From: Chamaesiphon sp.
GTDB lineage: Bacteria > Cyanobacteriota > Cyanobacteriia > Cyanobacteriales > Chamaesiphonaceae
NCBI GenBank assembly: GCA_965246715.1
Contig: CBDFFH010000012.1
Span: 96,001 to 160,000, forward strand
Direction of reading: 5' to 3'
Length of the DNA: 64,000 bases
Shown: piece after piece, positions 1 to 9,566 of the stretch
How the letters are laid out: every line of letters starts with the position of its first letter
How positions within the stretch are numbered: the first letter of the stretch is position 1
Translations under genes and position numbers: made by a program
The notes under the pieces: model-generated
What the model was told of the DNA's origin: nothing
The model's input: only the letters and a program-made list of their open reading frames with translations
Databases searched by the model: none

Positions 1-3000
1 TGGTTTTACTAACACCTGCCACACATTTGCAGTTAAATGAGCATTAATTGGCGTACAGTTGGGCGGTAGATCTAGTTTTGGGGCGATCGGAGCGGGTTCT
101 GGTTCGATCGATTGTCTGGTAAATTCTCCAGCAGCTTCCCAGGCAGTTCGTTCAGCTTGAAATGCGGCTTGTTGAGTATGTTTAAACTTCGCAATATCAG
201 CGGCATTAGTGGTGAGAAATTGCTGGTATTCAGCTAGGCTAAATGTTGTTGCTTCAATCTTTAACTTCACCCGTCCATAAATCAGATCTTCGCGATATTG
301 CAATAATTCGGCGGGAGAAACTGGGAAATATCTAATCCGATCGAAGAAGCGTAATAACCACGGTTTAGTAAAGTCCGCCGTCTGCCGATAACGATTCCAA
401 ATCGGCACCGTGCGCCCGACAAATTGATAACCACCTGGCCCTTCCATGCCATAAATACACATATATGCACCACCGATACCGACGGCATTTTCTGGTGTCC
501 AAGTGCGGGCGGGATTGTATTTCGTAGTAACTAGTCGGTGGCGCGGATCGATCGGAGTAGCGACTGGTGCGCCGAGATAAACATCGCCCAATCCCAACAC
601 TAAATAGCTGGCAGCAAAGACAATTTGGCGGACGGCTGCGATCGAATCCAAGCCATTAATCCGGCGAATGAATTCGATATTGCTCGGACACCATGGGGCA
701 TCGGCACGAACGGATTGGATGTATTTATCGATCGCTAGTTGGGTCGAATCATCATCCCAGGATAGGGGTAAATGCACGATCCGCGTGGGGATGGTTAACT
801 GGTCGATACTTGGTAAATTTGCTCTAGCAATTGTTAACAGATCGAGTAATTCCTGTTCAGCTAAGACTCGACTATCGTAGTGAATTTGGAGCGATCGAAT
901 GCCTGGAGTAAGATCGATAATTCCTTCAATGGGATTGGCTTTCAACCATTCCATTAAGGCGTAAATCTGAAATCGGAGATTCAGATCGAGAACTAATTCA
1001 CCATATTCAATTAAGAGATATTTATCACCCGATCGACGGTAGGTGGTGAGGTTGTCACTAAGAGGTAATTTATCTACTAATAATACTTGCTCTGGAGTAT
1101 CATCTCTTGCTTCAGATACGAGTGTGTCAATCTCCCGATCTTGGGCGAGTTCTAGGGCATTGGCACGCTCGATCGATATAGCTTGAAATCGAACTTTATC
1201 GCCTGGTTTGAGTTGACCAATTTTCCATAATTCCGCTTGAACGATTGTCGCGGGACAGACAAAACCGCCTAAACTAGGGCCATCGTGAGCGAGAATAATC
1301 GGCATATCGCCAGTAAAATCGACAGTCCCGATCGCGTAAGCATTATCATGGATATTCGAGGGATGTAATCCCGCCTCGCCGCCATCTGTCCTCGCCCAAA
1401 CTGGTTTGGGGCCGATCAGTCTAATGCCCGTCCGTGCTGAATTGTGATGAATTTCCCAATCGTTAGCGAAGAACATCTCAATATCTTCAGCTGTAAAGAA
1501 ATCCGGCGCACCGTGGGGGCCATAAATCACCCCAATTTCCCAGCGATCGGGATATACTGGAATCAGTTCAGGAGCTAGACTTTGAGGCGAAACCCTGCTA
1601 GCTGCAATCGCTCCATCCCCCCGCCTCTCCATCCCCCCATCTCCTGCAAAATGCAGCACATCCCCCGCACGTAAAATCCGCCCCCCGTGCCCGCCAAATT
1701 GACCGAGGGTAAAGGTGGATTTGCTACCCAAATAATCTGGAACATCGAAGCCGCCAGCAACGGTGAGATAGCTTCTATAGCCGTTTCCTTTAATGCTTGC
1801 TAGTTTTAATATGCTACCTTTTTTAACATTAATAACTGTCCACCACGGCACAGGTGCGCCGTCCAAGGTGGCTGACATCTGCGCTCCCGTCAGACAAATC
1901 GATCGATCGCAATTGAACCGGATTTTTGGCCCCGATACCGTACATTCCAAGCCAGCGGCATCTGGAGGGTTATTTAACAGTCGGTTCCCTAGCCTAAATG
2001 CGAGATGGTCGATCGGGCCAGATGGCGGTACGCCGACATCCCAGTAACCGATTCGCCCTGGATAATCTTGAATGGTGGTCTGGATGCCAGGATCGAGGAT
2101 ATCGATCGATCGCGGTTGATAATTGAGGGTATTTAAAAACTTTGTGTGGACTCTTCCGGCTTGATATTCGGGTTGAGAAATAGCTTGAAATAGGTAATCG
2201 AGATTGGTTTCAATTCCGGCGATCGCCGTGTTTTTTAGAGTAGTTTGAAGTTTGGCAATCGCACTTTCTCGATCGATGTCATGCACTAAGACCTTTGCTA
2301 ATAATGGGTCGTAATAAGGCGTGACTTCAGTGCCCGCTGCAATCCAACCATCGACACGTACATCATCAGGAAAATTTACAGCGGTTAATAATCCCGCACT
2401 CGGTTGGAAATTATGGTTAGGATCTTCGGCATAAATTCGGACTTGAATTGCATGTCCTTGGGGCTGATATTGGTAATTAGTTAAACCCAGATCTTCCCCC
2501 GCTGCTAATCGCACCATCCACTCCACTAAATCGATATTGCCGACTAATTCGGTCACGCCATGTTCGACTTGGAGGCGCGTATTTACCTCCAAAAAATAGA
2601 ACTCCTGACTATCGACATCGACGATAAATTCTACTGTACCAGCCGATCGATAGTTGACAGCTTTACCTAATTTCACAGCAGCAGCATAGAGTTGCGATCG
2701 CAAGTTATCATCGATACCTGGCGCGGGGGTTTCTTCGACTACTTTTTGATTCCGCCGTTGCAGCGAACAATCCCGTTCTCCCAAGGCAATGACATTGCCA
2801 TTACCATCACCAAAGATTTGGACTTCAATATGTCTAGCTCGATCGAGATAACGCTCCAAAAAAATCCCACCCTGACTAAAATTCTGCCTACTCAAGCGAT
2901 CGACTCGATCGAATGCTGCGGCTAAACTATCGGCATCGCGACAAATTTCCATCCCAATCCCGCCACCGCCAGCGGTACTTTTGAGCATGACTGGATAGCC

Positions 3001-3450
3001 AATCTGGGAGGCGATCGTTTCGGCTTGTGCTAGACTCTCCAGTAATTCACTACCAGTTAACATCGGAATGCCATTATCAGCCGCGATCGATCGGGCGGTA
3101 TGTTTGAGTCCAAATTGTTGTAATTGGGCTGGTGTCGGGCCGATAAAGGCGATCTGAGCGGCTTCACAAGCTACTGCAAACTTGGCATTCTCACTCAAGA
3201 AGCCATAGCCAGGATGGATGGCATCTACACCCATCTGTTGGGCGACTTCGAGAATGCGTACCCAGTTGAGATAACTTTCGGCAACAGGGGATGCGCCGAT
3301 ACAAATGGCTTCGGTGGCGAGGGTGGCAGCGGGGGTGTAGATGTCGGCTTCGGAATAGACGGCAACGGAAGGAATGTTGAGATGGTTGAGGGTGGTGAGG
3401 ATTCTCACCGCGATCTCGCCACGATTGGCAACTAGGATCTTTTTGAACAT
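1..3450 (-). CDS. uca: Guanidine/urea carboxylase (biotin carboxylase + carboxyltransferase + start of BCCP); 3' end lies beyond the window start
   Basis: Read by hand from ATG at 3450: [17 protein letters not shown]..., [75 protein letters not shown]. Absent from the ORF track because no stop lies inside the window. Confidence 0.93.
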   Translation of the reverse strand, partial: MFKKILVANRGEIAVRILTTLNHLNIPSVAVYSEADIYTPAATLATEAICIGASPVAESYLNWVRILEVAQQMGVDAIHPGYGFLSENAKFAVACEAAQIAFIGPTPAQLQQFGLKHTARSIAADNGIPMLTGSELLESLAQAETIASQIGYPVMLKSTAGGGGIGMEICRDADSLAAAFDRVDRLSRQNFSQGGIFLERYLDRARHIEVQIFGDGNGNVIALGERDCSLQRRNQKVVEETPAPGIDDNLRSQLYAAAVKLGKAVNYRSAGTVEFIVDVDSQEFYFLEVNTRLQVEHGVTELVGNIDLVEWMVRLAAGEDLGLTNYQYQPQGHAIQVRIYAEDPNHNFQPSAGLLTAVNFPDDVRVDGWIAAGTEVTPYYDPLLAKVLVHDIDRESAIAKLQTTLKNTAIAGIETNLDYLFQAISQPEYQAGRVHTKFLNTLNYQPRSIDILDPGIQTTIQDYPGRIGYWDVGVPPSGPIDHLAFRLGNRLLNNPPDAAGLECTVSGPKIRFNCDRSICLTGAQMSATLDGAPVPWWTVINVKKGSILKLASIKGNGYRSYLTVAGGFDVPDYLGSKSTFTLGQFGGHGGRILRAGDVLHFAGDGGMERRGDGAIAASRVSPQSLAPELIPVYPDRWEIGVIYGPHGAPDFFTAEDIEMFFANDWEIHHNSARTGIRLIGPKPVWARTDGGEAGLHPSNIHDNAYAIGTVDFTGDMPIILAHDGPSLGGFVCPATIVQAELWKIGQLKPGDKVRFQAISIERANALELAQDREIDTLVSEARDDTPEQVLLVDKLPLSDNLTTYRRSGDKYLLIEYGELVLDLNLRFQIYALMEWLKANPIEGIIDLTPGIRSLQIHYDSRVLAEQELLDLLTIARANLPSIDQLTIPTRIVHLPLSWDDDSTQLAIDKYIQSVRADAPWCPSNIEFIRRINGLDSIAAVRQIVFAASYLVLGLGDVYLGAPVATPIDPRHRLVTTKYNPARTWTPENAVGIGGAYMCIYGMEGPGGYQFVGRTVPIWNRYRQTADFTKPWLLRFFDRIRYFPVSPAELLQYREDLIYGRVKLKIEATTFSLAEYQQFLTTNAADIAKFKHTQQAAFQAERTAWEAAGEFTRQSIEPEPAPIAPKLDLPPNCTPINAHLTANVWQVLVKP

Positions 3451-3578
3451 GATGTTTTGGTTTCTGCCGATAGATCGAGTTGGCTGAGAGCTTGTAACAT
3501 TATAATTTACATAAGATTTTTAACGAGCGTTGCGATGTAACTGACAATATTTTATTAATAGTCGATAAATGACACTCA

Positions 3579-4484
3579 ATGGCGCAATACAAGCACGATC
3601 GCTTTTTTAAGTTCTATATCCAGTCTCTCTACAAAACCAAAGGTGATACTCAACAAAATATTCAAGTTCGTAACGATGAAGATCTAGAAATCGATTTGAT
3701 GTTTATCAGTCAGCCAGGAAATGAAGGATGGCAGCAGGAAGACTTAGGCTTGTTCGACCTGTTAATGCAAGAACATCAAACGATTATTGTCGAGCATTAC
3801 AGCGGTTACTTGAACGAAATGGATATCCATAAGTCTATTACCCGAAAAAATTTATATTGGGAGCCAAAGTATAAAGAACAGTTAGAAATTGCCAGAGTCG
3901 ATCGGCAGTTGACAAAATCTCAGAGACTATCTCAAGAGTCATTAGACAAAATCGAGCAGCAAAATCCATTTACCTGGGTTCTCACAGTTAATTGCAGTGA
4001 GAATATCCTGAAGGCTTGTAGTGCTCAACCCGATCGAGAGTTGGGCGTGGGAGTGTATCGACTCATTCCGTTCTTGAGGATGGGCATTGTGGTTATCGAT
4101 AGATTGCCAGATAGTGAGGAAACTTTGTGGTTGAAAATGTTGGGAGATAAGGAATCTGCTCGGATAGCGTTTGGTGCTATCGATCGGTTGTCTTCCGACC
4201 GCAGGGAGAAAAATGATATAATCAAAGCATGTGTCAAGTATTGCGTTTATTTACGAGATGTACCTGTCGATAGCCTAACTTTAGAGGAGCAAGATTTTAT
4301 GAAAACGATGGCAGAAATCGATGCTTGGTATGATGAAGAAATTCATAATGCCGAACTTAGAGGTAAAAGAGAGGTCGCTCTGAAAATGATTCAGGAAAAT
4401 ATACCTTTAGAAATAGTTGTTCGTATGAGTGGATTTACAATCGAGCAACTTCAAGAAATGCAAGCTGAGAGTGGCAATAACTAA
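3579..4484 (+). CDS. Rpn/YhgA-like PD-(D/E)xK-fold protein of the cyanobacterial type
   Basis: N-terminal HDRFFK, EIDLMF and IIVEHY motifs; C-terminal tail EVALKMIQENIPLEIVVRMSGFTIEQL typical of Rpn-like proteins. Confidence 0.6.
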   Translation: MAQYKHDRFFKFYIQSLYKTKGDTQQNIQVRNDEDLEIDLMFISQPGNEGWQQEDLGLFDLLMQEHQTIIVEHYSGYLNEMDIHKSITRKNLYWEPKYKEQLEIARVDRQLTKSQRLSQESLDKIEQQNPFTWVLTVNCSENILKACSAQPDRELGVGVYRLIPFLRMGIVVIDRLPDSEETLWLKMLGDKESARIAFGAIDRLSSDRREKNDIIKACVKYCVYLRDVPVDSLTLEEQDFMKTMAEIDAWYDEEIHNAELRGKREVALKMIQENIPLEIVVRMSGFTIEQLQEMQAESGNN

Positions 4485-4574
4485 TTGTCAAGCTGAGGGT
4501 ATTTGTCATCGTATTAGTATATGTTGTATCAATTTTCTTAAATTGTAATCATTAAAACAGTAAAAATTAAACTC

Positions 4575-5084
4575 ATGAAACAAATTGGAGATCTTCAATC
4601 CGAAGCAATCGATGAGCATAAAAAGCGATTTTCCTGCTCATGTGAGTCAACAGTTTTACGCACCCGCGAGATCAGAGGTGGGGCGAAGCAGTATGTCTAT
4701 CAATGTGTCAGATGCGGAGAGGTTAGTTCTCAACCTGTAGCTAAGGTAAAGGCGTTAGAAATATGTGGCGGCAGCGAACCGCCTGAAATAGATACATCAC
4801 TTCGAGAGAACTGGAGAAAGTCAGAATCTGAAGAACGAGCTAATCTAAATGAAAGAACAAGGAATGTGTTTTGGTCTGGCTACACAGAGTATCTTAAATC
4901 TCCTGAGTGGGGCAAACGGCGACTCCTCGTTTTTGAAAGATCGAATGGCGTTTGTGAAGGCTGTGGAATGCAGCCTGCTACACAAGTCCATCATCATTCG
5001 TACAAGCATGTTGGCAATGAATTTCTCTTTGAACTAGCAGCAATTTGCGACTCTTGCCACGAACGCTTTCATTCTGAAGAATGA
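4575..5084 (+). CDS. HNH endonuclease with an N-terminal Zn-ribbon
   Basis: YLKSPEW...VCEGCG...QVHHHSY...LAAICDSCHERFH; extra Cys motifs CSC and CVRC. Confidence 0.8.
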   Translation: MKQIGDLQSEAIDEHKKRFSCSCESTVLRTREIRGGAKQYVYQCVRCGEVSSQPVAKVKALEICGGSEPPEIDTSLRENWRKSESEERANLNERTRNVFWSGYTEYLKSPEWGKRRLLVFERSNGVCEGCGMQPATQVHHHSYKHVGNEFLFELAAICDSCHERFHSEE

Positions 5085-5148
5085 GCAGATTAAGAGGATA
5101 AGCAAAGTTTATATCTAACTCCATTCAATATTCTGCTTGTCTCACCAT

Positions 5149-5271
5149 TTAAAAATGATCGGTATAAGCTTGAGCGGGAAGAGCTATTGCGGCGGCTGGC
5201 GGTCTGGCTGCAGTCTGCTGAAGTTCAGTTAACTGCATTCGCGTGGGAATTTTTGTGTTTAATTCTGACAT
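5149..5271 (-). pseudogene. 40-aa ORF resembling the N-terminus of a Rieske ring-hydroxylating oxygenase alpha subunit, truncated
   Basis: MSELNTKIPTRMQLTELQQTAARPPAAAIALPAQAYTDHF*; purine-rich AGAGAAG upstream; 63 bp downstream of cgdB on the same strand; LPAxAYTD resembles the Rieske oxygenase N-terminal motif. Confidence 0.4.
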
Positions 5272-5334
5272 GAGAATTTGCTTCTCTAATTAAATAGGTT
5301 GAGATTGTTGGGTTTCACATTCGTTCAACCCAAC

Positions 5335-5988
5335 CTACACATGATTTGGGGCATCCCAAATCACCAGGCGAATTGGCGTGGGATTATAGGCATTGCAGGG
5401 ATTATTTACCTGAGGACAATTGGAGATTAATACCATCACATCCATCTCCGCTTGTAGCTCGACAATTTTACCAGCTTCCGAAATACCATCCACAATTTCT
5501 AAACTACCATCAGCACTTACAGGCACATTCATATAGAAATTAATATTACTCACCAAATCTCGCTTATTCATCTCATACTTACTCAATTCTAGTAAGTAGT
5601 TTTCCACACAGGCATGGAGATGTTTTTTGTGCAATCCATACCGAACAGAATTACTCTCCATACTGCACGCACCGCCGACGGTATCGTGACGACCGCAGGT
5701 ATCATTAATCACGGTCATCATTACATTCCCTTCATTGGAAATAATTTTGGTGCCAGTAGTGATGAAGATATTACCTTGACGAACGATCGTGTCTGGCGCA
5801 CTATAACGCTCGGATGGATCGTGAGCGTTATAAAATAGGGTATCGACTGCTTGATTGCCTTGGAGATCGATAATGCGAAGAGTCTGCCCAACTTTGACGA
5901 CTCGCGACCAAGGTTGACGCGATGGAATTACTTCATCATAGATAGCATTAGCCGGATCGAGTGTTGGGTTGGAAATTGTAGAAACCAT
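5335..5988 (-). CDS. cgdB: Carboxyguanidine deiminase subunit B (urea carboxylase-associated DUF1989 protein)
   Basis: LRIIDLQGNQAVDTLFY, CGRHDTVGGACS, HACVEN, NINFYMNVPV, SNCPQVNNPCNAYNPTP. Confidence 0.85.
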   Translation of the reverse strand: MVSTISNPTLDPANAIYDEVIPSRQPWSRVVKVGQTLRIIDLQGNQAVDTLFYNAHDPSERYSAPDTIVRQGNIFITTGTKIISNEGNVMMTVINDTCGRHDTVGGACSMESNSVRYGLHKKHLHACVENYLLELSKYEMNKRDLVSNINFYMNVPVSADGSLEIVDGISEAGKIVELQAEMDVMVLISNCPQVNNPCNAYNPTPIRLVIWDAPNHV

Positions 5989-6128
5989 GTTTATATTTAG
6001 GGTTAGTAATATTAGTAGATATTGGGATCGATAATATGGATCTCTAGGGGCGGGTTTATGCCATTAATATCGACTGTACTAAAAATTCAATTCAAACCCG
6101 CCCAACCCACACATCAATTCAAAACTGC

Positions 6129-6857
6129 TTAATCCTGTGCAAATAACGCATCGGTGTTGACAAATCCCCGCACAACTTCAGTATTTGCCGTCCGACAAAA
6201 ATCATCAGCCATTGGTGCCGGAGATTTCCAGATTGTTAATTGAATCGGTTGCGGCTTATATTCCGTACTCGGATGCAAAACATGAGGACAATTTGACACG
6301 ATCGCGAGGACATTCATTTCCGCACGCAAATCGATATAACTACCTACTTTTTCGCAAGATCGATCGTATTGCAAATCTCCATCGGGGGAGACAGCAACGC
6401 GACTAAAGAGATTGATATTCGGCATCAAATCTTTGCGGGTTAAACCCCGTTTTCCCAAGGCTTTGAGAAAGTTATTACGCGAGTTATTGAAGTCACCATC
6501 GCCATATTTAGCGGTATTACTTGCCGCATTGCTACAGCCGCAAATTAGGTCGTGACAGCCAGATGTATCGCTAGTAATCGAGCACAAAATTCTGCCCATA
6601 TCCGAGTACATCACCATCCCTTGTTTCAGGAAGGCATTGAACTGGATTTTGGCTGTATCCGCGACGTTTAAGCGTTCGATCGGACTGTCGGCATTGTAGC
6701 AAACGAAGGATACGCCATGCGAGCCAGCTAGATCGGTAATGCGGAGCGTGTTACCGCGCTTGATGATGCCGTGCCAATAGTCGCCTCCTGGCAACTTTTC
6801 ATCAAGAAGGATGAGGCTAGAGTCAATTTCTGACTGTGGAGCTAGAGTCGTATTCAT
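6129..6857 (-). CDS. cgdA: Carboxyguanidine deiminase subunit A (urea carboxylase-associated DUF1989 protein)
   Basis: LRITDLAG, ERLNVADTAKIQ, YSDMGRIL, GCHDLICG, NINLFSRV, SNCPHVL; paired with the second DUF1989 gene. Confidence 0.85.
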   Translation of the reverse strand: MNTTLAPQSEIDSSLILLDEKLPGGDYWHGIIKRGNTLRITDLAGSHGVSFVCYNADSPIERLNVADTAKIQFNAFLKQGMVMYSDMGRILCSITSDTSGCHDLICGCSNAASNTAKYGDGDFNNSRNNFLKALGKRGLTRKDLMPNINLFSRVAVSPDGDLQYDRSCEKVGSYIDLRAEMNVLAIVSNCPHVLHPSTEYKPQPIQLTIWKSPAPMADDFCRTANTEVVRGFVNTDALFAQD

Positions 6858-6907
6858 CGCAAAATCTCTAGATTGGGAATGTAATTAGATCGCAGGTAGG
6901 GTAGATA

Positions 6908-6956
6908 CCATAAGCCGAGGAAATCCACAGCAAAGCTGAAGTGGTTCTCCCGGGCT
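6908..6956 (-). terminator. Probable riboswitch expression platform (hairpin overlapping the aptamer 3' end)
   Basis: Aptamer 3' strand GCCCGGGAGAACCAC can pair with downstream GTGGATTTCCTCGGC; followed by a weak U-tract (TTATGGT). Confidence 0.55.
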
Positions 6957-7060
6957 TTTATCCCGCCGTGTGACCGAATTAGTAGTGTCAATTCACTCCC
7001 AATCGGCGGCTTCTCTCGGACCAGTCATCGAAGATACTCGATCGGAACCCTAGAAGCAAT
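6945..7060 (-). ncRNA. Guanidine-I (ykkC-yxkD) riboswitch
   Basis: Minus strand reads TTCTAGGGTTCCG...CTGGTCCGAGAGAAG...ACACGGCGGGATAAAAGCCCGGGAG, matching the ykkC-yxkD consensus; sits in the cgdA leader. Confidence 0.93.
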
Positions 7061-7090
7061 CCTGACTTGATATTTAGTTTAATGTCACAG

Positions 7091-7132
7091 ATCTTAGCAA
7101 CCCATGCTGGGATGAAAAGTATCTGACAATAC
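7091..7132 (-). promoter_or_regulatory. Canonical NtcA-activated promoter
   Basis: GTA-N8-TAC at 7119-7132 (+ strand GTATCTGACAATAC), then exactly 22 nt, then extended -10 TGcTAAGAT (hexamer at 7096-7091), just upstream of the riboswitch. Confidence 0.8.
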
Positions 7133-7205
7133 CGTTATTTATTTGTCAATTAGTGGCTACCGATCGAATCCAAGCTGTCGATCGACAATTTTGCAAACTG
7201 ATATT

Positions 7206-7631
7206 TTAAACCTGAACTCGATCGATCTCTACCGATTTAATATAGTTTCGCCATCCACCAAACTTAGTGATTTCTAGTTGTCCTTCACACAAAAATGGTT
7301 CGCCCAGAACGCCTAAAACTTCAGTACGATCGGCTAATTTAACTTTACCAATACATAATCCAGCGGGTTCTTGTTGCAAGATTTTGGCTAGTCCAGCTAA
7401 AGGTACCGACCAGATTTCTAGTTCGATTGATTCTCCCCCAGTACTCACTCTCATCATCGCCGGATGACGATCGTCGATCGACCACAACCGGTAAATCGGT
7501 GTGGTCGCGATTTCGCGGACAAATACTGCGCCAACCTGTTGCAAGTTATCATTTAGCTCCAATCCGCGCATTAAAGTTCCATTCACAGCTAATTCACAAG
7601 TACCTGACATATTTTCAATTTTAGATATCAT
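7206..7631 (-). CDS. Stand-alone allophanate hydrolase C-terminal domain (gamma-glutamylcyclotransferase-like fold)
   Basis: LAVNGTLMRGLELN, TTPIYRLWSI, IELEIWSVP, PAGLCIGKVKLAD, EITKFGGWRNY. Confidence 0.75.
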   Translation of the reverse strand: MISKIENMSGTCELAVNGTLMRGLELNDNLQQVGAVFVREIATTPIYRLWSIDDRHPAMMRVSTGGESIELEIWSVPLAGLAKILQQEPAGLCIGKVKLADRTEVLGVLGEPFLCEGQLEITKFGGWRNYIKSVEIDRVQV

Positions 7632-8111
7632 ATTAATCCTTTATCGATCGCTTCAACGGCTAAGGGATTGTACAAGAATCAGCTCATGCTTGTTGAAGAG
7701 ATAGATGGCGGGGATGAAACAGCACGCTAAATAAAATGCAGCAGTTGTTGGTAAGCTTCACAAGTCAGACCAGAGAGTCGTTGTCCTAGACACACTACTT
7801 GGATTTTATAGGTAAAAATCTTAACATATCTTAGCATAAAGCGAACTTTCGTGGTCTGACGATCGCGATCGATCCAAAAAAAAATATCGATCGGCGCTAA
7901 AGCCACTGACAGTAAGCGATTGCGAAACTTTCACTCGTGTCGATCGATTGACGAACGGAACAGATTGATGTTAATCATCATCCTAGTGAAAACTAGAACC
8001 GTGCTAGCTTAAATCCCCCAATTTACACATCTTTACTGTCAATCGCATCAACCGATCGAGTTAATTTTCGATCGAAGAAATCTAGCTCTACCTTTTCTAT
8101 CCCTCACCTCC

Positions 8112-9395
8112 ATGAAACTAAATTGGCTTATTTCTGGGCTGCTCGGTAGTGCATGTTTGCTGCTAGCGGCACCAGCACAAGCGAGCAAATTCACTGGTTG
8201 GCAATTTGATGCCAATCGCAATCAATTAGACTTTGGCACAGATACAGGAGTTCAGCCCAAAGCGAGCTTACTCGATGGTCCCTACCGCCTCGTAGTGGAC
8301 TTACCCAGTACAAAAATGACCGAGGCAACCGTCCGCAAAAAGTACGGTGGAGCGGTGCGCGAAGTCCGCATCGCGCAAGCCGATAATAACAATACCCGCA
8401 TCGTCATCGAACTCGCGCCGGGGTATGGGCTGAGTCCCCAAAATGCGATCGTCCGGAGCGATTTGCCCTCCCGCTGGACGATAAAATTAAGATCGATCGC
8501 GCGGGGAGTTTCGACAGCCAGCACGGGTAAAATTCAACCCGTACCCGTCAGTCCGGTGATCTTAGCTGGAGTAGTCCCCTTCGGCCAGGAAATGACTGTA
8601 CTCAAGAGCAAAATTACTGCCTTGGTAGCGAAGTATGATTATCTATCGCCAGGCATGTTTTTCATGGAGGTAGATACTGGTAATTATCTGGATATTAATG
8701 GCGATAAGAGTTTCTCCGCAGCGAGTACGATCAAATTACCGATTTTGATGGCACTGTTTCAAGCCGTGGATGCCGGACAGGTCAAATTGAATGAAACGCT
8801 TAGTGTCAGGGGCGATTTGATTGCGTCTGGTTCGGGGGAATTGCAGTATAGTCGGGGGGCAAAATTGAGCGTGCTGCAAACGGCAACAAAGATGATTGCC
8901 ATCAGCGACAATACCGCGACGAATATGATTATCGCCCGCATGGGCGGTAAAGACCCGCTCAATAGTAAGTTTCGGAGTTGGGGATTGAAGAAAACGACGA
9001 TCCGCCGCCAACTTGGCGACTTTGCGGGGTTGAATACGACTAGTCCCACCGATTTAGTGCGGTTATCAGCGTTGATTGCCAAGCACCAACTCCTAACCGA
9101 AAGCAGTCGCAGTAAAGTTCTCGATATTCTTAACCAAACGGCCAATCGCAAATTCTTGACAGCTGGATTGGGTAAAGGTGCGGCAATCGCCCACAAGACA
9201 GGTACTCTAGGACGGCTAATCGGTGATGCGGGGATTATCGAGATGCCGAATGGGAAGCTCTATCTCGCAGGTATTTTCGTCCGTCGTTCGTTTAACGATA
9301 CCCGCGCACGCGACTTCGTACAGCAGGTATCAAAATTGACTTATACCTATATTAACGATCGACAAACCGCTCGCCAAGTAAGTGAGGTACCCTAG
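8112..9395 (+). CDS. Secreted AMIN-domain + class A beta-lactamase-like serine hydrolase (PBP-A-like)
   Basis: Signal peptide; AMIN-like RLVVDLP/RIVIEL; SxxK (STIK), SDN and KTG motifs. Confidence 0.8.
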   Translation: MKLNWLISGLLGSACLLLAAPAQASKFTGWQFDANRNQLDFGTDTGVQPKASLLDGPYRLVVDLPSTKMTEATVRKKYGGAVREVRIAQADNNNTRIVIELAPGYGLSPQNAIVRSDLPSRWTIKLRSIARGVSTASTGKIQPVPVSPVILAGVVPFGQEMTVLKSKITALVAKYDYLSPGMFFMEVDTGNYLDINGDKSFSAASTIKLPILMALFQAVDAGQVKLNETLSVRGDLIASGSGELQYSRGAKLSVLQTATKMIAISDNTATNMIIARMGGKDPLNSKFRSWGLKKTTIRRQLGDFAGLNTTSPTDLVRLSALIAKHQLLTESSRSKVLDILNQTANRKFLTAGLGKGAAIAHKTGTLGRLIGDAGIIEMPNGKLYLAGIFVRRSFNDTRARDFVQQVSKLTYTYINDRQTARQVSEVP

Positions 9396-9566
9396 CAAAA
9401 TTGGTAGACTCACATCTTCCATCACAACAAATTTACTAGTGGCTAGTGGCTAGTAATTTTTAACTGACATCACCTCCGCTGCTTGACAGAGGAGGATTTT
9501 TTGCGTTAGTTTGGGGACTTCTCAATTTAGCTGTTGCTAATTTTTAACTTACGAGGTTGCTTTCCA

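Noticed and set aside
282..3435. Short ORFs listed in the track across 282-3435
   Set aside because: They are antisense or off-frame shadows of the continuous carboxylase CDS on the minus strand
8112..9395. True beta-lactam resistance gene
   Set aside because: AMIN fusion and no evident omega-loop Glu166 fit cyanobacterial PBP-A-like cell-wall enzymes better
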